DNA from: an uncultured Verrucomicrobiae bacterium | GTDB lineage: Bacteria > Verrucomicrobiota > Verrucomicrobiia > Chthoniobacterales > JAFAMB01 | Direction: 5' to 3' | Assembly: GCA_963748055.1 (NCBI GenBank) | Contig: CAVVII010000003.1 | Coordinates: 68,278-132,277 of the forward strand | DNA: 64,000 nucleotides | Shown here: in pieces, positions 30,168 through 39,360 of the stretch | How positions within the stretch are numbered: the stretch's first letter is position 1 | Layout of the letters: each line of letters starts with the position of its first letter | Notes under the pieces: model-generated | Databases searched by the model: none | What the model saw: only the letters and a program-made list of their open reading frames with translations | Told to the model about the DNA's origin: nothing | Position numbers and translations under genes: made by a program

Positions 30168-30752
30168 CTCGATGTGCCATCGAGTGCACCGCAATCACAG
30201 AAGGCCTTGATGGGGTACCAGCGTTGAGAAATATCAAGGCCAAGTTTGCTACGGGTGCTGTGACCGTGTTGGCCGGAGAAAATGGGACTGGCAAGTCGAC
30301 TCTATGTAAGATCATTGCAGGTCAGCTTCGTCCGGACAGCGGTATAATACTCTTGTTGTTAATGGCGAGCAGGTCCATCACTTCACTCCCCGCTCCGCTC
30401 AATACCTTGGAGTTTCCATCATTCCCCAGGAGCTGCAACCTTATCCCGAGCTGACTGTCTACGAGAATTTGTTGGTCGGATGGGAAATCGTTGATCGCTT
30501 TGGCTTTTTGAAACGCAACGAGATGATCGCCAAGGCTAAAAAGGTAAGTGATGATTTTGGAGTGGAAGTTGATCCGCGTAAACGGATGGGAGACTTAAAC
30601 ACAGCGAGCACACAGCTAATCGACATCATCAAAGCGACCTCGCGAAAAGCCCGAATCGTGCTGATGGACGAGCCGACGTCTTCGTTAACCGAACGAGAGA
30701 TTGAGCGTTTGTTCCACGTGGTGCGACTATTAAAAAGTCGAGGGGTCACGAT
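30164..30752 (+). pseudogene. RbsA-type ABC ATPase, first NBD only, frameshifted and cut off by the IS4-family element
   Basis: GENGTGKSTLCKIIAGQLRPDSG | ...IIPQELQPYPELTVYENLLVG...LNTASTQLIDIIKA...VLMDEPTSSLTEREIERLFHVVRLLKSRGVTM, after which the sequence is unrelated. Confidence 0.7.
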
Positions 30753-30777
30753 GGAATGGCACGAAGATAAGCTCCAT

Positions 30778-31043
30778 TTAGGATTTATTCTTCGGCCGGT
30801 TTCGGTGTGGTGCGGTGTGCATTTTTTTGGGAGGTTTAGTAAGTAGCTGATAGTTTTTGGGGCGACGTTTGCGAGCGCGAGGTTCACTGCGTTCGGGGCG
30901 CAGTGGGACCAGATCGGAGGCGATGGTCCGCAGGAGAGCGTCGAAGAGCTGGGCCTGTTTACGAGGCTTGCGGTGAGCGGCATAGATAGCGTCTGCGAAA
31001 TGGTGGAGGCTGTCCAGAGAGCCTTTAAAGGAGATGCGCTCCA
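30778..31043 (-). pseudogene. IS4-family transposase, last ~88 codons
   Basis: The minus-strand translation LERISFKGSLDSLHHFADAIYAAHRKPRKQAQLFDALLRTIASDLVPLRPERSEPRARKRRPKNYQLL... continues ...TYDVDLE from 33254. Confidence 0.7.
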
Positions 31044-31110
31044 GGGCGCATCTCCGATTTGTTAAAATTTTTGCTGGTCTACTTTACTTTTTCATGGAAG
31101 AAAGAGCTGC

Positions 31111-31959
31111 ATGTTGTGGCCGGTGATCTGTCAGGGACGAACGATATCGCAAGAAGCACTAGAATGGTTGCGTGGGTGGATAGGGGCGCATGAGGATTGG
31201 AGTCGGAAGCGCTTGGCACGGGAGCTATGCGTGTTGTGGGATTGGCGCAACGGCATGGGGCGGCTGAAGGATTTTGCGGCACGCAGTTTTCTGCTCAAGC
31301 TAGCCGAGCGCGAACTGATCGAACTGCCGCCTGTGCGAGAATACAAAAGGAGTGGACCGCAAACGGTTGGGTGGGTGAAGGCGAATTTTGAGCACACACC
31401 GGAACCACTGTGCGCGGAGTTGGAGCAAGTACGGCCTGTACAGCTCGATTGGGTGGAAGCGGGCAGCGACCCGGCGCGGCGAGTGGCATTTTACTTAGAT
31501 CGCTACCACTATTTGGGATGGCACGTCGTGGGGCAAAACATCGGGTATCTGGCACGTGATAGCTCAGGGCGGGATTTGGCTGTGCTGCTCTTTGGGGCTG
31601 CGGCTTGGCGCTGCGCGCCGCGCGATCGGCACTTGGACTGGAGCGAATCGGAGCGTCTGATTGGACTTCACCGGATAGCCAACAACAGTCGGTTTTTGAT
31701 TTTGCCGCACGTGCGGGTACCGCATCTAGCCAGTCATCTGCTGGCTTTGGTGGCGCGGCGAATCAATGCGGACTGGCAACAAAAATACGGACACGGCTTG
31801 GATTGGCTGGAGAGCTTTGTGGAGGTGGGACGTTTTCGCGGCACCTGTTATCAGGCCGCCAACTGGCGTTGTGTTGGCCAAACGCGCGGTCGCAGCCGCT
31901 ACGACCGCGACCGGACTCTGAGCGTGCCGCCCAAAGCAGTTTATCTCTACCGGCTCTAG
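31111..31959 (+). CDS. DUF4338-domain protein (DruA-like), 282 aa, intact
   Basis: ...FYLDRYHYLGWHVVGQNIGYLARD...LLFGAAAWRCAPRDRHLDWS...HRIANNSRFLILPHVRVPHLASHLLALVARRINADWQQKYGHGLDWLESFVEVGRFRGTCYQAANWRCVGQTRGRSR... matches the conserved core I recall for DUF4338 (HYLG, NN.RFLILP, VPNLAS, ETFV..RF.GTCY.AANW..VG.T.GRG). Its TAG stop abuts the transposase ATG. Confidence 0.85.
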   Translation: MLWPVICQGRTISQEALEWLRGWIGAHEDWSRKRLARELCVLWDWRNGMGRLKDFAARSFLLKLAERELIELPPVREYKRSGPQTVGWVKANFEHTPEPLCAELEQVRPVQLDWVEAGSDPARRVAFYLDRYHYLGWHVVGQNIGYLARDSSGRDLAVLLFGAAAWRCAPRDRHLDWSESERLIGLHRIANNSRFLILPHVRVPHLASHLLALVARRINADWQQKYGHGLDWLESFVEVGRFRGTCYQAANWRCVGQTRGRSRYDRDRTLSVPPKAVYLYRL

Positions 31960-33222
31960 ATGAAAGTCCTGCTCGAAGCTGAAGCCCAAACGCTCGCCGA
32001 AGGCCGCGAGTGGACCCGTCAGCGGTTGGAGGAGCGACTCCAAGCGCAGGCGGATCAGATCGAGGCGATCTGTCCGCAGAGCGGTCTGGTATTGAAATAT
32101 GTGCGCCTGCGTGAGTTCTCACTGATGACCTGTGTGGGGACAGTGACCGTGCGAGCTGCCTACGGTTTTTCGAGCCTCATGCAACGGTGGCTTTCTCCGG
32201 CACGCGAACAGTGGGAGTTGACTCCTTATGAGCGTGTCAGCCCGCAACTACAGGAGAGGCTCTGTTACACCGCGACCCAAACCGGTTCCTACCAGAAAGC
32301 CGCGCTGTTGGCTAGCTGCTGGGGTACTGCGATCAGTGATGACTTGGTCCATAGTCAGGTGCAGAGCATCGGCTTGCAGGTACACCAGCAGGTGATGCCC
32401 GCACCTACAGGAGCGCCCAAGAACGAAGCGCCCTTTTCGCTTGTGATCATGCTCGATGGTTGGATGGTACGTGAACGCGGGCCGCAATGGGCCGCACCAC
32501 CGGATTGCCAAGATGCCGAACGCGTCGCATGGCATGAAGTCAAATCCGGGGTTATTTACCGGCTCGATCATCGGGCAGAGACAGCCTCGGACCGGGGAGT
32601 GTTGACACAAAAGAAAGTCGTCGCCTGTCCGCCTGGCACCGATGTGCTGGAGTTCGGGGCTACCGTGCAAAAGGAGGCGCTGCGTTGCGGTATGGCTCGG
32701 GCTCAGGAAGTCTTCGTCGTCGTCGATGGGGCCGTCTGGCTGTGGTCCTTGATCGAAGATCGCTTTAGCGGCACAACCCAGACGCTGGACTTTTATCACG
32801 CCAGCCAGCGTCTATGGGAACTGGCCCATTATCTCTACGCCAATGATGCTGAGGCCGCACGCGTCTTTGTCGAACCGCTGCTACACCAGTTGCGTCACGG
32901 AGAAAGTTCGCGCGTCATCACGCGCCTCGAAGAAATACTCCCAAAGACATCTCTTCAAAATGACTCGGCGCACGATGACTCAGCCGACCCTCAGCTCCAA
33001 CGTCAGATCCAATACTTCCTCAATCACCGTGATCATCTTCATTACCAAGCTGTGGCTGAGCGTGGCGCTCCGATCGGATCCGGTGCAGTGGAGTCACAAT
33101 GCAGCCAGTTCCAAGATCGTTTCAAGCGCACCGGCCAGTTCTGGACTAGGCCTGGCCTGCGCAACCTCCTGGCTCTCCACGTTATGACCCAAAACAAAAC
33201 TTTCGCCTACCTTTGGAACTAG
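31960..33222 (+). CDS. ISKra4-like DDE transposase, 420 aa, intact
   Basis: ...VVVDGAVWLWSLIEDRF...LDFYHASQRLWELA...YFLNHRDHLHYQAVAERGAPIGSGAVESQCSQFQDRFKRTGQFW... The C-terminal P-IGSG-VES block is what I remember for ISKra4-family transposases. The family call is from memory only. Confidence 0.75.
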   Translation: MKVLLEAEAQTLAEGREWTRQRLEERLQAQADQIEAICPQSGLVLKYVRLREFSLMTCVGTVTVRAAYGFSSLMQRWLSPAREQWELTPYERVSPQLQERLCYTATQTGSYQKAALLASCWGTAISDDLVHSQVQSIGLQVHQQVMPAPTGAPKNEAPFSLVIMLDGWMVRERGPQWAAPPDCQDAERVAWHEVKSGVIYRLDHRAETASDRGVLTQKKVVACPPGTDVLEFGATVQKEALRCGMARAQEVFVVVDGAVWLWSLIEDRFSGTTQTLDFYHASQRLWELAHYLYANDAEAARVFVEPLLHQLRHGESSRVITRLEEILPKTSLQNDSAHDDSADPQLQRQIQYFLNHRDHLHYQAVAERGAPIGSGAVESQCSQFQDRFKRTGQFWTRPGLRNLLALHVMTQNKTFAYLWN

Positions 33223-33253
33223 AAATTTTAACAAATCGGAGATGCGCCCTGCG

Positions 33254-34459
33254 CTCCAAGTCGACATCGTAGGTCAAGGCAGCTCGCTGCATCAGGGCGC
33301 GAACGAGATTGTAAGCGATCCGATGCATCGCCAGCTCTTTGAGAACCATCCTGGGGGTGAGGCAGCGCAAGACATCCATGCCAAGCATGGTTTTGATCTG
33401 TCGGAAATGCAGTTCGACGTTCCAGCGCCGGAAATAGAGTTTTTCCAGTTCCCGGGCTGGATAAAGCTTCGGATCGAGCAACGTGGTGGCGAGAATGACT
33501 TCTTTGGAGCGAAAACCCGCAACGGCAATCTCAAATCGTAAGATTCGCAGGGTGAGAGTTTTTGGCAGCTGGTCATACTCTTCTTTGCTCCAGTGAGGCA
33601 GACGCTGGGGTGGTTTGTGCCAGACGACTATCCGATCATTCTGACTGAGGCGGCGCCCGCGGCGAAAGTCCGGCTTCCCGGGGCCCTGATGCAGCCGCAT
33701 GACGCAGTCCACGCCGCGGCCCACCAGCTGGGCGATGTCCAGATAGGAACAAAATCCGCGATCGGCCAACAGAATCTCACCGGGGTGCAGTAAATGCCAA
33801 AGCCGGCGAGCGAGCGTGATATCGTGATGGTGCTTGTTGTCGTGGGCCACCTCCAGAAGCGCTCCGCTATGCAGGCAGAAAAGGCCGACGACTTTGAGCT
33901 GGGGAAAACCACAGCCGGGCTTTTGGCCGCTATTTTGCGGCCACTGGAGCCGGTTGGCAGCCGTATCTGGCATCGACAGACCCGTACCATCGACAATTTT
34001 GACGCGCCGACTCAGCCAGAGCTGCTGGTTGGTGACTTGGCGTTGGAGCTGCTCGGCCACCTGGGTGCCAATTTGTTGGAGCACTGCCTTATCGAGCCGA
34101 GCGCGAGCCTGACAGTAGGCGCTTGTATCACTCGAAGGCGAACCTTGGTCAGGAAAGTGCATTTGCCACCAAGCACTAATTCGTTGCAAAGCGTCACGAC
34201 AGGAGGAGCCGCGTTCTAAGACTTGAGCCAGAAAGGCCCAGAAGGTAACCAAGGGACTAAAGATGCGTTGCCGGCTATTGACCTTCTCCTTGGAGCGACC
34301 GAGCAGAGCTTGGGGAATAAACTCACCAAAAGCCTCCGTGTACTGGTTGATGGAGGGCCTCTGGGGCCATTGGCCGAGCAATTCTTGGAGCCGAGAACGA
34401 GGAGCACGGCCAAAGAGCAGCGAACCAAAAGCGGCAAAGAACGGAGTCGAGTTGGGCAT
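33254..34459 (-). pseudogene. IS4-family DDE transposase, first ~402 codons (3' end displaced by the ISKra4-like insertion)
   Basis: ...VKIVDGTGLSMPDT...ILLADRGFCSYLDIAQLVGRGVDCVMRL...YFRRWNVELHFRQIKTMLGMDVLRC...YNLVRALM... After TYDVDLE the ORF runs into the inserted IS. Confidence 0.8.
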
Positions 34460-34499
34460 GCCGATCTAACGTTGGACGCGAAAAGTCAAAGCCAAGACC

Positions 34500-35095
34500 G
34501 TGACAGTCGCCCTTTCCGACGAACAGGCCGAACTCTTTCGTCGAGCCATCGACGACCATCGAAAGCTTGAAAAACTCGTCGACCAGATGCGAGCTATTAG
34601 CCAGCAGGTGCTCCTCAACTCCGTCGACCGCCCGCAATTGGCACGCAGCGGAAGGGGTTTGTCACCGCACTGGTGTTGCCGTTGGGCAACGCAGCAGACA
34701 GCCCGCACCTTGTTCCGATGCTCAAGGAGCAGATCAACAACACCGGAGTCATTCCTTCGATGGCCAGCGTCGATGATGGCTACAGCAGCCAACAGGGGCG
34801 AGAGGAACTGCTGGGTCTGGGGCTCAAAGTGGTAAGCATTGGCGGAGCCAAAGGCAAGAAGCTTATCGAGGCCCAGCAATGGAAGAGCCAGACTTATCGA
34901 CAGGCACGGGCCGAGCGCAGCGCGATCGAGTCACTGGTCTTCACTTTGAAAGATGGCTTTGAATTCGGAGAAATGATGCGGCGTACCCAAGAGAACGTGC
35001 TTGCCGAGATGCTGGAGAAAGTGCTAGCCTACAATATTTTTCAGATCATCCGGGCACGGAAAAAGCTTTCAGAGTTGCAGCGAGCAGCAGCTTAA
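34500..35095 (+). pseudogene. DDE transposase fragment (IS5/IS1182-superfamily-like; family not resolved), frameshifted
   Basis: ...LVLPLGNAADSPHLVPMLKEQINNTGVIPSMASVDDGYSSQQGREELLGLGLKVVSIGGAKGKK...ERSAIESLVFTLKDGFEFGEMMRRT...LAYNIFQII is a C-terminal transposase region. The upstream part (34500-34670) is in another frame, and there is no N-terminal domain. Confidence 0.5.
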
Positions 35096-35291
35096 CTAAG
35101 ACCTATTAATCGAGTCCGCTATCGTGAAAGAGAGCAGAACCATGCCTAGTCGAGTCCAAAAAAGGTTGGCAGCCCGAAGCTAAACCCAAGTGAACGCCCT
35201 AAAGGTGCGGCGGCGCAGAAAACTGAGCCCTCCGCGCCACACACCGAGCTCACGACCGAAAGTCCGTTACCCCTTTTCGGATTACCTCTAG

Positions 35292-36678
35292 CTAGTATTA
35301 CTTTGTTAAGTATTTTCTTGCTAAGCGGTAGCACCTTTTCGTAACACAATAGGGCGTGGAGTGGAACGCCCGATTGTGGCAGCGAAGCATTGAGCGATTC
35401 AAAGCGTTCATGGTGCCGGTAGCTGCTCCGTTGGGCCGTAGTGAGCGACGGGTTGCCGCAGCAAGTTATATCTCTGGCTTGCTGATGCCTGGGCAGCGTA
35501 AATCCATTGAACCGATGGCAGCCAGGCTGGGTTTAGATCCGCAACGATTGCAGCAGTTCATTACCGATAGTCCTTGGGACGAAGAGCAACTTTGGCGGGT
35601 GATTCGCCAAGAAGTCATTCCGCATTTTGAGCCGATCGAGGCATGGATTGTCGATGAGACCGGATGGCTAAAACAGGGCAAGCATTCGGTGGGAGTCCAT
35701 CATCAGTATTGCAATAGCGTCGGCAAACAAGACAATTGCCAAGTCAGCGTGGAGTTAGTTGTCAGTAATGGCTTTGTGGCCGCGCCAGTGGCCGGACGGC
35801 TTTATTTGCCGCAGAGCTGGGCCGCAGATGCCGCACGTCGCACTAAAGCCGGAGTGCCACCGGAGATCACTTTTGCAACCAAGAGCCAGATCGCTCTGGA
35901 ATTGATTGAGCAGGCGCTAGCCGATGAAGTTGCTCCTGCTCCCGTGCTGGGTGACGCCGCATTCGGCGATAGCTTTGCTTTCCGCCAACGCCTCCGAGAG
36001 CTTCACCTAGAATTTTTCCTACAAGTGACTCCCGAGGAACATCTTGGGTGGATCCAAGAGGTACCAACCGTACTCAAAGGCAAATACCGGCAGCTAGCCG
36101 ATGAAGGGCTTGCCGCTCGCGCACGCCACCTTATGGATATAGTGCGTTGGTTGCCCACCGAAGCTTGGAAGCATTGCTCCTGGACAACTGCTGGTGGCCA
36201 AAGACACTCCACACGCATCGCTTGGCAAGAGGTCTTTCTGGCTCGTGGTCTCAAAGAGCCCTATGGCCAATTGGAAAAAGTCTGGCTCGTGGTCGATTGG
36301 CCAAAGGGAGCTCAAGAGCCTTACCATTGTTATTTAGCCCATTTTCATCGCCAACCGTCCAAAGCCCATTGTCTGAGGCTAAGTCGTTCACGTTGGCACG
36401 TTGAACAGTATTTCCAGCGTTCCAAAGATGATCTGGGACTTGATCACTTCGAGGGCAGATCCTGGCGCGGCTTTCATCATCATCTTGTCCTGAGCGCCAT
36501 CGCTTACTTGTTCATCCTGACCATCTACCTTGCGGCAAAAAAAAACTTCTGCTCTGACGTTGGAGAAGATCCTGGCAATGATCCGGCCTTGGCTGCTGAG
36601 ATCGACCGGACACTGTCCCTATTGCCACGCCACCTTTCCTGAGGAAATTGACGACTCTACTTAACATAGTAATACTAG
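35292..36678 (+). mobile_element. IS701-family insertion sequence, copy A
   Basis: CTAG lies at both junctions (35292-35295 and 36675-36678). The terminal IRs are TATTACTTTGTTAAGTA and the reverse complement TATTACTATGTTAAGTA (16/17). A single intact transposase gene lies inside. Confidence 0.8.
35356..36642 (+). CDS. IS701-family DDE transposase, 428 aa, intact
   Basis: ...GRSERRVAAASYISGLLMPGQRKSIEPMAARLG...LQQFITDSPWDEEQL...WIVDETGWLKQGKHSVGVHHQYCNSVGKQDNCQVSVEL...RLYLPQSWAAD...VLGDAAFGDS...HVEQYFQRSKDDLGLDHFEGRSWRGFHHH.... Confidence 0.85.
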   Translation: MEWNARLWQRSIERFKAFMVPVAAPLGRSERRVAAASYISGLLMPGQRKSIEPMAARLGLDPQRLQQFITDSPWDEEQLWRVIRQEVIPHFEPIEAWIVDETGWLKQGKHSVGVHHQYCNSVGKQDNCQVSVELVVSNGFVAAPVAGRLYLPQSWAADAARRTKAGVPPEITFATKSQIALELIEQALADEVAPAPVLGDAAFGDSFAFRQRLRELHLEFFLQVTPEEHLGWIQEVPTVLKGKYRQLADEGLAARARHLMDIVRWLPTEAWKHCSWTTAGGQRHSTRIAWQEVFLARGLKEPYGQLEKVWLVVDWPKGAQEPYHCYLAHFHRQPSKAHCLRLSRSRWHVEQYFQRSKDDLGLDHFEGRSWRGFHHHLVLSAIAYLFILTIYLAAKKNFCSDVGEDPGNDPALAAEIDRTLSLLPRHLS

Positions 36679-36745
36679 ATAGGTAGGTGGGACAGCCTTA
36701 AGGTAAATTAACAGCTCGGTTATCGATTAATCATCCAAATTTAAG

Positions 36746-37378
36746 ATGAGCCTAAAGATAGAACAAACCCGCCAGCTTTTATCGCTTGCTCTGGAGGACC
36801 TTGCTGCGAAGCACGAGCACCTCAATCAATTGGACCGCGCCCTTGGAGATGGTGACCACGGCACGACAATCGCGCGCGGCGCGAGAGCTGCGATTGATGT
36901 GCTTCGAGATGCGAACCTAGGTAGCGTAAATGAGGTCTTTGCTCTCGCCGGTCGCGCGATGATGAAAAGTATGGGAGGCGCCTCTGGTGTTCTCTTTGGT
37001 GTGCTTTTCGAGGGAGCGAATGCTTGTCCTGATGCTCAAGTGCTGGACACCGGCACGCTTCTTGGGTTTATCCGGAGTGGCTTGGATAATCTGAAGCAAA
37101 AGACCAAAGCCGAAGTTGGCGACAAGACAATGCTGGATGCGATTGTACCTGCGGTCGATTCATTGGTGCAGGAGAGTAAACAGGCAAAACCCTTAGAGGC
37201 GGCATTGAAGCATGCGGCGGAGGCTGCGGAGGGGGGCGCACAATCGACGATAGGCTTACTCCCTAAATTTGGACGCGCCCGAACGCTGGGCGAGCGAGCG
37301 GCCCCGGTTCAAGATCCTGGGGCGACATCGGTGTACCTGTTCCTGAGAGGGCTAGCGGAGCACGTTTATGAGGTGTGA
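36746..37378 (+). CDS. DhaL/Dak2-domain protein, 210 aa (divergent paralogue of 8408-9040); no Dak1 partner adjacent
   Basis: ...LNQLDRALGDGDHGTTIARG...SMGGASGVLFGVLF...VGDKTMLDAIVPA...FGRARTLGERAAPVQDPGATS. Confidence 0.8.
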   Translation: MSLKIEQTRQLLSLALEDLAAKHEHLNQLDRALGDGDHGTTIARGARAAIDVLRDANLGSVNEVFALAGRAMMKSMGGASGVLFGVLFEGANACPDAQVLDTGTLLGFIRSGLDNLKQKTKAEVGDKTMLDAIVPAVDSLVQESKQAKPLEAALKHAAEAAEGGAQSTIGLLPKFGRARTLGERAAPVQDPGATSVYLFLRGLAEHVYEV

Positions 37379-37450
37379 AGAAATTCTGAGCTTCTGCAGC
37401 TCGCACTTAAGGGCGTTGCAGCCGGCGCTGGCCGGTTTCCGATTTTCTAC

Positions 37451-38227
37451 ATGACGCCTATATTTGGCACCAACTGGAAGATGCGAAACGTACGTCGTGA
37501 CGAGGCGCGTGCCTACGTACGCAATTTCGCCGCGGCTCTTTCCCAGATGGGAGATACACGAGTATTTATCTTACCGCCCGTGACCCTAATCAGAGACATG
37601 GTGCAGGAATGCCCAAGTAGTCAGATTGTCATTGGCGCTCAGAACTTTCATTGGGCACACGAAGGCGAATTTACCGGCGAAATGTCGACAAATTTGTTGA
37701 AAACAGGAGGGTGCACAAATCTGATGGTAGGGCATGCCGAGCGACGCATTCTCTTTGGGGAATCGGACGACATAATTAGCCGGAAACTCAAAAGAGCACT
37801 TGAGGACGATTTCCAGGTTGTTCTCTGTGTCGGTGATGCCCAAAAGGATATTCCCGCCGAGACGCTTCAGAAGACGTTCTTACGACAAATAGGAACCGCT
37901 CTGGATGGCATTGCAAGCACGGCTATCCCTCGCTTGATCGTTGCGTACGAGCCTATCTGGGCGATCGGAGCGGCTTCGACGAGTGTACCGTCCCCAGAGA
38001 GGCTGGCTTCCTGTGTTGATATGATTCGCCAAGCGCTTGGAGCCGTGTTCGGCGAGCTCGGCCTGCAAATACCGGTCCTTTACGGAGGCAGCGTCGCGCT
38101 GCTTAATTGCCGGCAGCTTGTGACCAGTACGGGCGTAAATGGCGTTTTTGTCGGACGTTCGGCGCGGGATCCGACAAATTTTGTGACACTGATTCGCGAA
38201 GCTCTAAAAGCAATGCACGAAACTTGA
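37451..38227 (+). CDS. Triosephosphate-isomerase-family protein, 258 aa
   Basis: ...FGTNWKM...IGAQNFHWAHEGEFTGEMS...MVGHAERR...IVAYEPIWAIGA...VLYGGSV... These TIM signature blocks are present, but the sequence is divergent and sits beside a Dak2 gene. Confidence 0.85.
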   Translation: MTPIFGTNWKMRNVRRDEARAYVRNFAAALSQMGDTRVFILPPVTLIRDMVQECPSSQIVIGAQNFHWAHEGEFTGEMSTNLLKTGGCTNLMVGHAERRILFGESDDIISRKLKRALEDDFQVVLCVGDAQKDIPAETLQKTFLRQIGTALDGIASTAIPRLIVAYEPIWAIGAASTSVPSPERLASCVDMIRQALGAVFGELGLQIPVLYGGSVALLNCRQLVTSTGVNGVFVGRSARDPTNFVTLIREALKAMHET

Positions 38228-38242
38228 AGGCGAAAGGAAAGA

Positions 38243-39301
38243 TTGACCATGCGGAAACGGATGATAAGCGGAGGAAACGCCTTGTCGGGTGCTGTGATAA
38301 TGCTCGCCTGTTTCGTGTTCGGCGGTTTGGTCCTTGCTGCGGCGCCGCTCAAGATCGGCATGGTGGCCCCGCTCACTGGCCTCGGCGCTGAGTCCGTGCG
38401 CTACCAGATCCAAGCCACCAAGCTCGCGATCGAGGAGGTGAACAAAGAGGGCGGCACCCTCGGCCGGCAAATCGAGTTGGTGATCGAGGATGACCAGACG
38501 ACCGAGGCGGGCGTGACGGTTGTCTTCAGAAAACTCGCCGAAGACAACGACATTCCCGCCTTCATCGGCCCGATCCGCAGCATCCGGATCCACGCTATCG
38601 CGCGGGACGTCCAAAAGCTCGGCAAGCCGGTGATGATCGGCGGTACCGATCCGCAGCTTACCCATATGGGTAAGCCGTGGCTGTTTCGTTGCCGTCCGAA
38701 TGACATCTACTCGACACGCGTGATGGCCGACTATGGGGTGAAGGCGCTCGGCAAAAAGAAGTGGGTGATCGTATACTCACTCGATGCCTTCGGCACAAAT
38801 GCCATGAAGAACTTGGTCGAAGTGCTCAAAGGCATGGGTATTGAACCTGAGCTGCTTCGGGGCTACACCAACAGCTGGCAGGACTCCACACCCGTGGCTA
38901 TTGCGGTCCAACGGTCCAGTGCCAATGTGATCGGCACTTATATGACCTTCGAATCCGATCTGGGGGTCTTTGCCAAGCAGCTCCGGCAGTTGGACGTCCA
39001 CATCACCTGGGTCGGTTCGGCCTCGACGGTGGCGAGAACTGCTCTCACGCTTGCCGGATCGGCGCTGCATGGCTCCTTCGCCATCGTGGACTTCAGTCCG
39101 GACTCGAGCATTAAAGAGGGCACGTATCTGGCGACCGGCCGAAACGATCTGGTTGAAGTGGCGACCAAAGCCGTCGAGATCGCGATGAAGGCGGTAAAGG
39201 GTGAGATCCCGCCCAACTTCCCCAGGACGACCCTCACGGAACCGGTGGCCATCACCAAAGACAATGTGAACAAGTATTACAACCCGAACGCCGTCTTTTA
39301 A
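38243..39301 (+). CDS. Apparent chimeric solute-binding protein: LivK-type (branched-chain amino acid type) body with an RbsB-type C-terminal tail
   Basis: Residues ~35-300 ([51 protein letters not shown]...[10 protein letters not shown]...) look like a Leu/Ile/Val-type SBP. The last ~50 aa (...[42 protein letters not shown]) parallel the C-terminus of the sugar SBP at 54987 (...ITVIPADEVNADNVNRYYDPNSNY). Confidence 0.55.
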   Translation: MTMRKRMISGGNALSGAVIMLACFVFGGLVLAAAPLKIGMVAPLTGLGAESVRYQIQATKLAIEEVNKEGGTLGRQIELVIEDDQTTEAGVTVVFRKLAEDNDIPAFIGPIRSIRIHAIARDVQKLGKPVMIGGTDPQLTHMGKPWLFRCRPNDIYSTRVMADYGVKALGKKKWVIVYSLDAFGTNAMKNLVEVLKGMGIEPELLRGYTNSWQDSTPVAIAVQRSSANVIGTYMTFESDLGVFAKQLRQLDVHITWVGSASTVARTALTLAGSALHGSFAIVDFSPDSSIKEGTYLATGRNDLVEVATKAVEIAMKAVKGEIPPNFPRTTLTEPVAITKDNVNKYYNPNAVF

Positions 39302-39360
39302 ACGTTTCCAAGCCGCCGGACCTGCCCTTTTGGCGGGGCCCATCTAGGTCTTGCGCATGC

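Larger units (their letters stand above)
31044..33249 (+). mobile_element. Two-gene insertion sequence, copy A (DUF4338 gene + ISKra4-like transposase), 2206 bp
   Basis: Perfect 27-bp terminal inverted repeats GGGCGCATCTCCGATTTGTTAAAATTT (31044-31070 and the complement of 33223-33249). A 9-bp direct repeat TGCGCTCCA lies at 31035-31043 and 33250-33258. Excision restores the IS4 transposase frame (...YDVDLERISFKG...). Confidence 0.85.
30753..34499 (-). mobile_element. IS4-family element interrupted by the ISKra4-like IS; outer boundaries approximate
   Basis: The extent is bounded by the loss of RbsA homology at about 30752 and by the next transposase fragment at 34500. I could not identify its terminal repeats. 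Confidence 0.5.

Noticed and set aside
22232-33249. A possible Druantia anti-phage locus, because DUF4338 (DruA-like) genes are present three times.
   Set aside because: None of the other Druantia components is nearby: there is no very large DruE-type helicase and no DruB/C/D-sized ORFs. Every DUF4338 copy sits inside, or is fused to, a transposable element. I therefore treat it as an IS-associated gene, not a defence system.
35288-35295. The tandem CTAGCTAG at the left junction of IS701 copy A, considered as evidence for an 8-bp duplication.
   Set aside because: The right junction has a single CTAG followed by ATAGG. The simplest reading is a 4-bp CTAG duplication next to a pre-existing CTAG.
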